Shown: one piece after another, positions 55,757 through 64,000 of the stretch
Position numbering within the stretch: the stretch's first letter is position 1
How the letters are laid out: the number at the start of each line of letters is the position of its first letter
Source of the DNA: Bacteroidota bacterium
GTDB lineage: Bacteria > Bacteroidota > Bacteroidia > NS11-12g > UBA955
Assembly (NCBI GenBank): GCA_018333525.1
Contig: JAGXTF010000076.1
Coordinates: forward strand, 57,424 to 121,423
DNA length: 64,000 bases
Direction of reading: 5' to 3'
Position numbers and translations under genes: made by a program
Notes under the pieces: model-generated
What the model saw: the letters and a program-made list of their open reading frames with translations, nothing else
What the model was told of the DNA's origin: nothing
The model's database searches: none

Positions 55757-57889
55757 ATGAAGATACAATTTATTGGCCTATCCCTTTTGCTGGGGCTCGG
55801 CAGCAATCTGCTCACCGCCCAGGATAGCTTGCTCAGCATTGAAGACTGTTTTAACCCAAAACTATATCCAACTTCACTGAAAGCAGTGCAATGGATTCCC
55901 AACAGCCATAAATTCAGTCAGGTGAAAGGCGAAGCACTGGTAGCCACAGATCCCTACTCCAAAAAGGATGATACTATTTTTACCCTGTCAAAACTCAACG
56001 CTTCTCTGGCAGTGGATAATGCAAGTTTAAAAGCAATTCCAATGGTGACATGGAAAGACTATAACAGTCTTTGGTTTATTGCCGGCAATAAAATGTTTGT
56101 CTATACACTTTCCAGCCAAACATCTATTTTAAAAAGGCAATTACCAGAGAGCAATGATGCTATGGAAATTTCTCCGGAATCCATGAATGTGGCTGCGGTG
56201 GTGAAAGACAATCTTGAAATAATTTCTGCATATGGCAGAAAAAAAATAACCGAAGATGGAGGTTCAGGAATTGTTTATGGTCAGGCTGTTCATCGCAATG
56301 AATTTGGAATTAACGGCGGTCTTTTCTGGAATAAAGATGGCACCAAACTCGCATTTTACAGAATGGATGAAAAAAGAGTAACGGATTACCCCATTTACAA
56401 TTTGAGCACACGACCTGCATCGGATTATAAAATAAAATATCCCATGGCCGGAGATAGCAGCCACACTGTTACGGTTGGAATTTATAATACTTATACCGAG
56501 GAATTAAAATATTTAAATACGGAAGGGCCGTATGACCAATATCTAACCAATATCACCTGGAGTCCTGATGGATTATATGTTTACATTGCCTGGGTAAACC
56601 GCGAACAAAACTGGATGCAGTTGCGCAAATACAATGCTTCCACCGGTGAACTGGAAAAAGTTTTATTGGATGAAAAACATGAAAAATATGTGGAACCGGA
56701 ACATGGTCCGATTTTTTTACCTGAAAGCAATTCAGATTTCATCTGGTTTAGCGAAAGAGACGGGTTTGATCATATGTATTTGTATCAAGGCGGCAAACTG
56801 AACAGACAACTCACCACCGGAAATTGGGAGGTAACCAAATTTATTGGATTCGACAAAGAGGCAAATGGTTTCTATTTTGAGGGAACCAAAGAAAGTCCTT
56901 TGGAGAGACATGTTTATTATTTAAAATTAAAAGACAAAGAACCCAGGTATAAAAAAATTACCTCAGGTGCCGGAACCCACAATGTGAGTCTGAATAATTT
57001 CAGTGGTTTATATATGGATATGATGACCAGCAGAAAAGAACCGAGAAAATATACCGTTTATAAAACTGATGGAACCATAATTAATGAAATTTTTAAATCT
57101 CCGAATCCGCTAGAAAGTTTTTCACTGGGAGAAATAAAAATTGAACCTATTTTGGCGAATGGTGTTGCGCTTTATACCAGAACATTTTTGCCCTATGATT
57201 TTGATGTAAACAAAAAATATCCGGTAGTGGTATATGTTTACGGAGGACCACACGCACAAATGATTACTGAGAGCTGGCTTGGAGGTGCAAATTTGTGGTT
57301 TCATTATATGGCCCAAAACGGATATATCGTTTATACTGTTGACAACAGGGGTTCCTCGCATAAAGGACTACAATTTGAAAATGCTGTACACAGACAATTG
57401 GGAACAGTAGAAATGAGCGATCAAATTGCAGCATTAGATTATTTGAAAAAATTCCCATACGTGGATAGCAACAGAATAGGAATACACGGTTGGAGTTTTG
57501 GTGGATTCATGACTACTTCACTTATGACCCGCACTCCGGGTATTTATAAAGTTGGTGTTGCCGGTGGACCTGTTATCGATTGGAAATATTACGAAATTAT
57601 GTACACCGAAAGGTATATGGATAAACCACAGGAAAACCCGGAAGGATATGCTGCTGCAAGTTTGTTGAAATATGCAGGAAACCTGCAGGGAAGACTGCTA
57701 ATGATTCATGGAACGGATGATGATGTTGTGGTTTGGCAACACAGCATGTTGTATATAAAAGAAATGGTAAAAAACCGGAATGCCAATCTGGATTATTATG
57801 TCTATCCCGGACATAAACACAATGTTATTGGCCCGGACCGGGTGCATTTGTATAAAAAAATCAGCCAATACTTTTTTGATTATCTTTAA
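55757..57889 (+). CDS. S9B-family dipeptidyl-peptidase IV-like serine peptidase.
   Basis: Signal peptide, an N-terminal DPPIV beta-propeller region and the catalytic 'HGWSFGGFMT' (GxSxGG). The C-terminal His context is 'PGHKHNVIG'. Confidence 0.85.
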   Translation: MKIQFIGLSLLLGLGSNLLTAQDSLLSIEDCFNPKLYPTSLKAVQWIPNSHKFSQVKGEALVATDPYSKKDDTIFTLSKLNASLAVDNASLKAIPMVTWKDYNSLWFIAGNKMFVYTLSSQTSILKRQLPESNDAMEISPESMNVAAVVKDNLEIISAYGRKKITEDGGSGIVYGQAVHRNEFGINGGLFWNKDGTKLAFYRMDEKRVTDYPIYNLSTRPASDYKIKYPMAGDSSHTVTVGIYNTYTEELKYLNTEGPYDQYLTNITWSPDGLYVYIAWVNREQNWMQLRKYNASTGELEKVLLDEKHEKYVEPEHGPIFLPESNSDFIWFSERDGFDHMYLYQGGKLNRQLTTGNWEVTKFIGFDKEANGFYFEGTKESPLERHVYYLKLKDKEPRYKKITSGAGTHNVSLNNFSGLYMDMMTSRKEPRKYTVYKTDGTIINEIFKSPNPLESFSLGEIKIEPILANGVALYTRTFLPYDFDVNKKYPVVVYVYGGPHAQMITESWLGGANLWFHYMAQNGYIVYTVDNRGSSHKGLQFENAVHRQLGTVEMSDQIAALDYLKKFPYVDSNRIGIHGWSFGGFMTTSLMTRTPGIYKVGVAGGPVIDWKYYEIMYTERYMDKPQENPEGYAAASLLKYAGNLQGRLLMIHGTDDDVVVWQHSMLYIKEMVKNRNANLDYYVYPGHKHNVIGPDRVHLYKKISQYFFDYL

Positions 57890-57894
57890 AATAC

Positions 57895-58749
57895 ATGTCC
57901 ATCGTCAAAATCATTGAATGCCCCAGGGACGCCATGCAAGGTGTAGAACACCATATTCCGGTTCCTGAGAAAGTGCATTATATGAAACTTTTGCTGCAGT
58001 GTGGTTTTGACACTTTGGACTGTGGTTCATTTGTAAATCCCGGTGCGGTACCACAAATGGCAGACACTGCCGAAGTACTGGATTCGATAACGGAAGAAAA
58101 AGGGAATACCAAATTACTGGTAATAGTAGCAAATGAAAGAGGTGCTCGAGAAGCTTCTGTTTTTGAAGGAATTGATTATTTGGGATTCCCGTTTTCCATT
58201 AATGAAACCTTTCAGTTACGCAATGCGAACAGTACGATAAATGAAGCTTTTAACCGCCTGAGCAGAATTCAGGAAATTGCAGTACAATCCGGGAAAAAAA
58301 CCGTTGCCTATCTAAGTATGGCATTTGGCAATCCCTATGGTGAAAAGTATGACAGAGAAGATATTTTTAAGTGGACGGAAAAATTCAAATCTATTGGAAT
58401 TGATATTATCAGTCTAGCAGATACAGTTGGAAGTGCAAAAACTGAAGATGTTACATATTTATATAATAATCTCGTAAAACAACATCCTGATATTGAATTT
58501 GGTGCGCATTTTCATGCGCATGCGGATGCATGGATGCCAAAAATATCCGCTGCTTTTGATGCTGGTTGTCGCAGATTTGATGGCGCTCTCAAAGGCTACG
58601 GAGGCTGTCCGTTTGCATCAGATAAATTAACCGGAAATATTCCTACTGAAGGGTTGGTTTCATGGTTGGAATCTATGCAAATGAACAGTATCCACCACGC
58701 AGAATTACAGAAAAGTTTGGAATTTGCATCCCATATTTTTCAGGAATAA
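57895..58749 (+). CDS. Hydroxymethylglutaryl-CoA lyase-like (HMGL-like TIM barrel).
   Basis: 'VKIIECPRDAMQG' N-terminus, and metal-binding His in 'GAHFHAHAD'. Confidence 0.7.
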   Translation: MSIVKIIECPRDAMQGVEHHIPVPEKVHYMKLLLQCGFDTLDCGSFVNPGAVPQMADTAEVLDSITEEKGNTKLLVIVANERGAREASVFEGIDYLGFPFSINETFQLRNANSTINEAFNRLSRIQEIAVQSGKKTVAYLSMAFGNPYGEKYDREDIFKWTEKFKSIGIDIISLADTVGSAKTEDVTYLYNNLVKQHPDIEFGAHFHAHADAWMPKISAAFDAGCRRFDGALKGYGGCPFASDKLTGNIPTEGLVSWLESMQMNSIHHAELQKSLEFASHIFQE

Positions 58750-61146
58750 TTACTTCAAAATAATATATTTACTACCTAAAACACCCGTTGGGAATTCAGT
58801 ACGTATAAAATATATTCCATTGCTCAAAGTTGATAAATCCAACATCCATTCATCTTTTTGTACTAATGGGTTCATCTCATAAATCTGGTTGCCATCCCTA
58901 TCGAATACCTTTACGGATTGAATGGTAGAATTACTCAATTTTAAATTTAAAATGCCCTTTCCGGGATTGGGGAAAAGTGTCAACTCTGTACTTTTAAATT
59001 CGTTTTTTATCGGATTATCTATCACCAGAGATGTAGCAACATTTGTGGCCACAGGATCCTGAAAATCAAAATAAATATGAGCCTGGTTGGCAATGGTATT
59101 TCCTACTTTTAAATCAGAACTCAACCCGGAAAGAAACTGGATATATCCGCTACTACCTGCATCTCCTGCAACACTTTTTGGAGCCAGCATAATATTTTTA
59201 AAGCCCCAAACTATAGCATGATCCCGAACCTTGAATGACACCTGATAATTATTTTTATGGCTGTAATCCGTTATCTGTATATATTGCATTGGTAGTGTTG
59301 CGCTGATGGTATCCACTACATGAATATTTACGGCACTATCGCTACCCAGATTTTGAAATTGAATAAAGTAACTGAGATTTTTATCTGAAGCATAAATCTT
59401 CATTTTATCGCATTGTTTGGAATTCGGATCCAGCGCAGCTACCACTGTTTGTAGCAAACTTGCTGCATATTCCATTTTAGAATTCCGAATGAGCAATTCA
59501 AATAAAAGTTTATCATCTAATTTAAATACCTCATGGTCTACATAAAAACTACAGTGAATTTCTTTTGGCTCACTTAATTGCCATTTATAACCGGAGACAT
59601 CCGTTTGGCTATAATCCACATCGGATTTAAAGCTCTTAAATTTTTTATCTGCGGTGAGTAAAATTTCCAAAGGTCCTTCTGATTCAGGATCAGGTTTTAT
59701 CACATAATTACACCAATAACCGTGGCGCGCCGCGAAACCTGTTGAAGAAACCATTTCAACACCAAGACGTTGTGGTGTCTGTTTCTTAAAAATAGCATAA
59801 TTCCAAATCAGATTTGTATCTTTATTACCGGTATTCATGGAGCTCCATTCAGGATTGCAACCGGCTTTATGTTCCGCATCCGGAAAGATACGCAAGGTTA
59901 TATTTTGGTTTAATGGCAACACAAATGAATAAAAGCCATTAGCATCGGTGCTTGTGTAATACTGTCCTTCATTTAAACTCAAAATGGCATTGGCTATAGG
60001 TTTTTCTCCTAAATCCTGTACGCAATTTTCATTGTCGTCTAAAAACATAGTTCCCTTTACAATTGCTTTTCCAGGATACAAACGAATAATTCTGTTGGTA
60101 CTGTTTCCATTTATTTTTTGAATGTCTCCCCCAAAATACAAATCATCCTTACATATCTGGAGCATGTGAAAAGCACTGTTACCACTCACCAATTCGGTTT
60201 CAGGAAAATAATAACTCCATGTAGTACCATTCCAGGTGCAAAGCGTAAAAATACGGCCGGCGTTATTTGCAAACCTTCCGGAAACGTAAAGTACATTGTT
60301 CTGTTCCGCTATTTGATGCACCGCAAGTACAGAAACATTCCAATTGGCTGACAATGCTTGCCAGGATGAGACTCCTGCCAGTTTTACCGCATTGGCAGAA
60401 ACTGTAACCAATTGGTTGCGATAAGAGCCAACACCAAATATTTCCTCCGCAATCGGAATACGAAATGGCTGAAAACCATTGTTATAAAAAACACCCAGAT
60501 TCTGCATGTTTTTACCATCTATGCTACTGAATTTTCCACAAAAAAACAGGGTATCGTTCCATTTAAAAAGATCGTGGAAAATGCCACCGGTATTGGTCAC
60601 CGCCTGCCAGGTATCGGCAGATAAAATTGCAAAATTCGAAAGTTTTTTCCCTTTAGAAGTGCGATTAAATTCTCCACAAACAAATAAACGATTCCCGAAG
60701 GATTGCATATCCTTAACAGAAATTTCAGGATAAATCAGATAATCGGAAGTAAGGCCATCCGGCAATTCCTCCCATTTGCTTCCATTCCAGCGAATCAATC
60801 CCCCGGACTTGGAATTTAGAGTTAAAAAGGATGCACCGGCATATATCTGATTCTGGTGAACACAAACTGAAATTTTATTTGCTGCAGAAATCTGCATCTG
60901 CCATGCCTGGTATTTTGGATAATCTACCCAAAACAAACCATTCCATTTTTTCAGGTAAAGACTCCCATTTTTGAATCCTATATTTTTTTCAGCTCCCAAT
61001 ATATAGAGGTTGCTACCATCGGAAATAGCTGTATTTGCTGCAATTCCAGCGTCTTCTTCCATAGGCAGGTAAGTTATCTGCCCTAAGGTTTTCTGCATTA
61101 CAAGCACCAAAAGAATTGCGCAAAAAGAAACAGCGTATTTCATCAT
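58750..61146 (-). CDS. Large T9SS-secreted protein with a C-terminal sorting domain.
   Basis: Signal peptide present. The C-terminus 'LTLFPNPGKGILNLKL...SNGIYFIRTE...KYIILK' matches the type-A T9SS CTD. Confidence 0.65.
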   Translation of the reverse strand: MMKYAVSFCAILLVLVMQKTLGQITYLPMEEDAGIAANTAISDGSNLYILGAEKNIGFKNGSLYLKKWNGLFWVDYPKYQAWQMQISAANKISVCVHQNQIYAGASFLTLNSKSGGLIRWNGSKWEELPDGLTSDYLIYPEISVKDMQSFGNRLFVCGEFNRTSKGKKLSNFAILSADTWQAVTNTGGIFHDLFKWNDTLFFCGKFSSIDGKNMQNLGVFYNNGFQPFRIPIAEEIFGVGSYRNQLVTVSANAVKLAGVSSWQALSANWNVSVLAVHQIAEQNNVLYVSGRFANNAGRIFTLCTWNGTTWSYYFPETELVSGNSAFHMLQICKDDLYFGGDIQKINGNSTNRIIRLYPGKAIVKGTMFLDDNENCVQDLGEKPIANAILSLNEGQYYTSTDANGFYSFVLPLNQNITLRIFPDAEHKAGCNPEWSSMNTGNKDTNLIWNYAIFKKQTPQRLGVEMVSSTGFAARHGYWCNYVIKPDPESEGPLEILLTADKKFKSFKSDVDYSQTDVSGYKWQLSEPKEIHCSFYVDHEVFKLDDKLLFELLIRNSKMEYAASLLQTVVAALDPNSKQCDKMKIYASDKNLSYFIQFQNLGSDSAVNIHVVDTISATLPMQYIQITDYSHKNNYQVSFKVRDHAIVWGFKNIMLAPKSVAGDAGSSGYIQFLSGLSSDLKVGNTIANQAHIYFDFQDPVATNVATSLVIDNPIKNEFKSTELTLFPNPGKGILNLKLSNSTIQSVKVFDRDGNQIYEMNPLVQKDEWMLDLSTLSNGIYFIRTEFPTGVLGSKYIILK

Positions 61147-62498
61147 AAACTTCTGCGGTAACTCAGGGCGAATCCAAAATAATTGAAGCGCATTTTATAC
61201 AAAGACTGGACTTGGTCCAGACCCCAATTTTTTCTGTAATAAGGAGCCAAAATCCATTGGTTTTTATCCCCTTTCTTCCAGCCATATTCCAATCCAAAAT
61301 CCAAAGCCGTTGAAAAGGATTTGAAATTTTCGCTGCGCAATTTCTCGCGTTGGTCCAATAAAACAGCATCCGGCAAAGAGCCTTGAATGCCATTCATAAT
61401 TTGAGCTACCGCACCTGTTTTCAAGCGGAGAATTTTCTTTGGAGAATTGAAAACCGTGTACTTGAGCATGACCGGAATATCGGTAAAATAATATTTATGG
61501 GTGTTTTTAAATTGTATCCATTCCGGAGTGGTATTGTTATAACCCACAATTCTTCCATCTATATCGCGAATGGGTTTTTCGGAATACGAGAATTGATAAT
61601 TTGCTGCTATTTCCATAAAAGTAAATCCAAGGCCTGTTTCAATTGCAAATCTACCTACCTCCTTACCTGCATGTAGCTGAAAACTGTAACCCCAAAGTCC
61701 TTTTTCTGAGTTTTTTCGAATGTTTTCATAATTTTTATGAATAAACTGACTTCCATAACTGCTTACCAAAAAATTAGGGTAATTTAGATTTGCCCCTGCC
61801 TGCAATTGAAAATATAAGCCTTTAATATGTAGCAAATCGATACCATTTTTGTCGGAGTTTTTATCCTTGTTTTTTGAAATGGAATTGACATCTTTTTCAG
61901 CCAATTTAACAAATGGAGCATGATTGAAGGAATCCATATTGCTATGGGTAGCAGCATCTACTTTTTTATAAATTTCAGCAGCAATTTCCTCAGTACTCTG
62001 ATATTGTTTTTCATTTTCATATATAGGATTAATCTCCTTTAATTCATTATCTGCAAGTTGATCCTGTGCGATTTGACCAACAGGTGCATTGCGATATGTG
62101 TTGAAACCATTGTGCTTGGACCTGTTTTCCATTGCATGTTGATTTCTATTAAAATAATTACCGGATTGGGAAACAGAATTATTACCGGAATTGCGCTGTC
62201 TTAAATTGGCTCCCGGATTTAACAATATTCCTTTGGGGCTAATGGATTCAGAAGATTTATTTTGAGCTGTACTCGTCTCCTGCCCTTTTACATTTTCAGA
62301 TATATTTCCGATCCAGTTGAAACAAACTAACACTACGGCAATAGTAGCGGCACCTGAGGCCCACCACCACCAAACTGCTCTTCTTTTGGTTTTTTTATTC
62401 TGAAAATCCTCCCAGCTGATTCCATCTGCATCCAAACTCGCATTGGCGAGTTTGTCGTGCAATATGTCGTCCATCCGTTTTCGGGAATTACTTTCCAT
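61143..62498 (-). CDS. Putative anti-sigma factor-like membrane protein with a C-terminal porin-like beta-barrel domain.
   Basis: A single TM 'WWWWASGAATIAVVLVCF' after a ~45-aa cytoplasmic N-terminus, and a C-terminal region with alternating hydrophobic beta-strand pattern. It overlaps the ECF sigma stop upstream and the T9SS gene start downstream. Confidence 0.4.
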   Translation of the reverse strand: MESNSRKRMDDILHDKLANASLDADGISWEDFQNKKTKRRAVWWWWASGAATIAVVLVCFNWIGNISENVKGQETSTAQNKSSESISPKGILLNPGANLRQRNSGNNSVSQSGNYFNRNQHAMENRSKHNGFNTYRNAPVGQIAQDQLADNELKEINPIYENEKQYQSTEEIAAEIYKKVDAATHSNMDSFNHAPFVKLAEKDVNSISKNKDKNSDKNGIDLLHIKGLYFQLQAGANLNYPNFLVSSYGSQFIHKNYENIRKNSEKGLWGYSFQLHAGKEVGRFAIETGLGFTFMEIAANYQFSYSEKPIRDIDGRIVGYNNTTPEWIQFKNTHKYYFTDIPVMLKYTVFNSPKKILRLKTGAVAQIMNGIQGSLPDAVLLDQREKLRSENFKSFSTALDFGLEYGWKKGDKNQWILAPYYRKNWGLDQVQSLYKMRFNYFGFALSYRRSL

Positions 62499-63102
62499 TT
62501 TTTTGAAGTATTTTTTTAAGAGAAGCGCGGGCGCGCAATAATTTAGATCTGGAAGTGGCGTGTTTTATCCCAAGGAAATCTGCTATTTCCTGATGGGAGA
62601 GATTCTCCACTGCATATAAGTTGAGTACCACACGATAATCCGGACGAAGTTGTGCCAGGGCTTTAAGTATATTTTCTGATTCATAAAGGTCCAGCCAGGT
62701 ATCTGAAACTTCCTGAGTATCCGCGAGTTTATCCTGCATATTCTCGTCCCATTCCGATTGGTTAACCATGTATTTTTTATAAGCGGAACGAACAAAATCC
62801 AGGCAATGGTTGGTGAACAATTTGCGTATCCAAGCGTCTACGCTGGTAATTTCTATATTTATGTGCAACTTGTCGAACAACTTAATAAACCCATCCTGAA
62901 GCAAATCTTTTGCATCATCTGAATTTCCAGCGTATCGGTAACAAATGGCGTACATTTTCTTATAATAATGTTCGTATACTATTTTTTGACTGTCTTTATT
63001 TTTGCGAATACAACCTTGTATTACTTCCAATGAAATAACATCCGATTTGGGTTTTATCCGGGATTCTTCTTCTATAAGTGCTTCCAGCGCCAGTGTATTC
63101 AA
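62488..63102 (-). CDS. RNA polymerase ECF-type sigma-70 factor.
   Basis: Region 2 'YRYAGNSDDAKDLLQDGFIKLF'. Region 4 HTH 'LSHQEIADFLGIKHATSRSKLLRARASLKK'. Confidence 0.85.
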   Translation of the reverse strand: MNTLALEALIEEESRIKPKSDVISLEVIQGCIRKNKDSQKIVYEHYYKKMYAICYRYAGNSDDAKDLLQDGFIKLFDKLHINIEITSVDAWIRKLFTNHCLDFVRSAYKKYMVNQSEWDENMQDKLADTQEVSDTWLDLYESENILKALAQLRPDYRVVLNLYAVENLSHQEIADFLGIKHATSRSKLLRARASLKKILQKNGK

Positions 63103-63240
63103 AGAGTATCAGCTTTTAAAGGACGAGTGGGAATTTAAAATGTTGCAGTTGCAGGTCAAATAAATTTATTTTGTACAAAAGTGCAACATTCAGAGGGTGC
63201 TCCCGTCTTTTCCTTGTACCAAATTAAGAAAATTAGAATC

Positions 63241-64000
63241 ATGAACACACCATTACGTTTGTTGTTTGTTGCCATCTTGGGTATTTCTTCCTTCTCCCTT
63301 ACAGGCCAAACTATTGTATCCTCACTTATTACAACCAACCAAACCTGGGATATTTCAGGCAGTCCCTACATTATTGGCTCAAATGTGCTGATTAATCAGG
63401 GAGTAACTGTTACTGTTTTACCCGGTACCATTATTAAATCTCCAGCACAAAAGACCCTTATAGTGGATGGAGAGCTGGTGGCAAAAGGAAAGAAGGACAC
63501 CGTTATCACTTTTGATTCAGTTTCTATACAACTAACAACAAAAAGCACCGGCTATGATTTCAGCAGCAATACCGGAAGTGTATTCCGTTATTGCCTGTTC
63601 CGCGGAAATTCCATGGGAGGCCAAAAAACCATAGACGTAAACCGTGTGAGTCTGCTGGTTTCCAACTGTAAATTCCTGAATACTTATTATGGTGTTTATG
63701 CGTATAACAGTTATTATGATACCACTAAAGTGCGTATTGAAAATTCTATTTTTGATTACACAGGATTCAACTATGGCTATGCACTTTATGCCGGCGGACA
63801 ATACACCTATATTGAAATGGAAGAATGTTCCGTAAATAATTCTTATGGTATTTATATTACCAACCATACCCTGATAACAAAAAGCTCTTTCACCAACTGG
63901 CATGGGAATAGTGGATTAAGACTTAATCTTTATGGCTCCTTTTACGAAGGTGACATTACCATAACCTGCAATTACTTTAATAAATTCAGATATTCCGTCA
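63241..64000 (+). CDS. Secreted right-handed parallel beta-helix repeat protein, 3'-truncated at the window end.
   Basis: This ORF is absent from the supplied track, probably because it has no stop within the window. Frame 1 is open from the ATG at 63241 to nt 64000. Signal peptide 'MNTPLRLLFVAILGISSFSLTGQ'. It contains repetitive N/G/Y/T-rich beta-helix-like segments. Confidence 0.5.
   Translation, partial: MNTPLRLLFVAILGISSFSLTGQTIVSSLITTNQTWDISGSPYIIGSNVLINQGVTVTVLPGTIIKSPAQKTLIVDGELVAKGKKDTVITFDSVSIQLTTKSTGYDFSSNTGSVFRYCLFRGNSMGGQKTIDVNRVSLLVSNCKFLNTYYGVYAYNSYYDTTKVRIENSIFDYTGFNYGYALYAGGQYTYIEMEECSVNNSYGIYITNHTLITKSSFTNWHGNSGLRLNLYGSFYEGDITITCNYFNKFRYSV

Noticed and set aside
63532-63903. 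123-aa ORF on the - strand near the window end.
   Set aside because: It is antisense to a longer + strand open frame (63241..64000) that has a signal peptide and beta-helix-like repeats. The + strand ORF is missing from the track, probably because it has no stop within the window.

Overview
This is a 64-kb, AT-rich, densely coding chromosomal segment that looks like Bacteroidetes (Sphingobacteriia/Chitinophagia-like). The phylum call rests on two T9SS C-terminal-domain cargo proteins, a PorP/SprF-like domain, long propeller-type LytS/LytTR two-component proteins, a TonB-dependent receptor, a TAnnTTTG-like promoter motif and many ATGA stop/start overlaps. I found no rRNA, tRNA or CRISPR, and about 55 protein genes. 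Most of the window is core chromosome, so the leads below are individual oddities rather than one coherent new system.

The most notable content is:
- **Alpha-2-macroglobulin (5' truncated).** It has an intact CIEQ thioester motif and is followed by a secreted HExxH protein, a LytS/LytTR two-component pair and a PBP1C homolog.
- **Cyanophycin locus.** Divergent cphB (cyanophycinase) and cphA (cyanophycin synthetase), with an isoaspartyl dipeptidase nearby. A mosaic PorP/SprF-like + vWA + T9SS-CTD protein sits inside this locus.
- **SOS-like operon.** It encodes a DnaQ-exonuclease/GIY-YIG (Cho-like) fusion and an XRE-HTH/S24 LexA-like autopeptidase. Heptamer direct repeats lie upstream, and a 3.3-copy 150-bp tandem repeat array with a conserved 19-bp hairpin lies downstream.
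- **dnaX.** Full-length tau needs a -1 shift at an A10 run.
- **System-I-like ccmC-ccmD-ccmE-ccmF operon.**
- **Putative metal-uptake cluster.** A Cys-rich small protein, an HMA-domain protein and a TonB-dependent receptor.
- **ECF-sigma / anti-sigma-like / T9SS-cargo operon.**

Gene calls rest on motif-level recognition in the supplied translations. No database searches were run.
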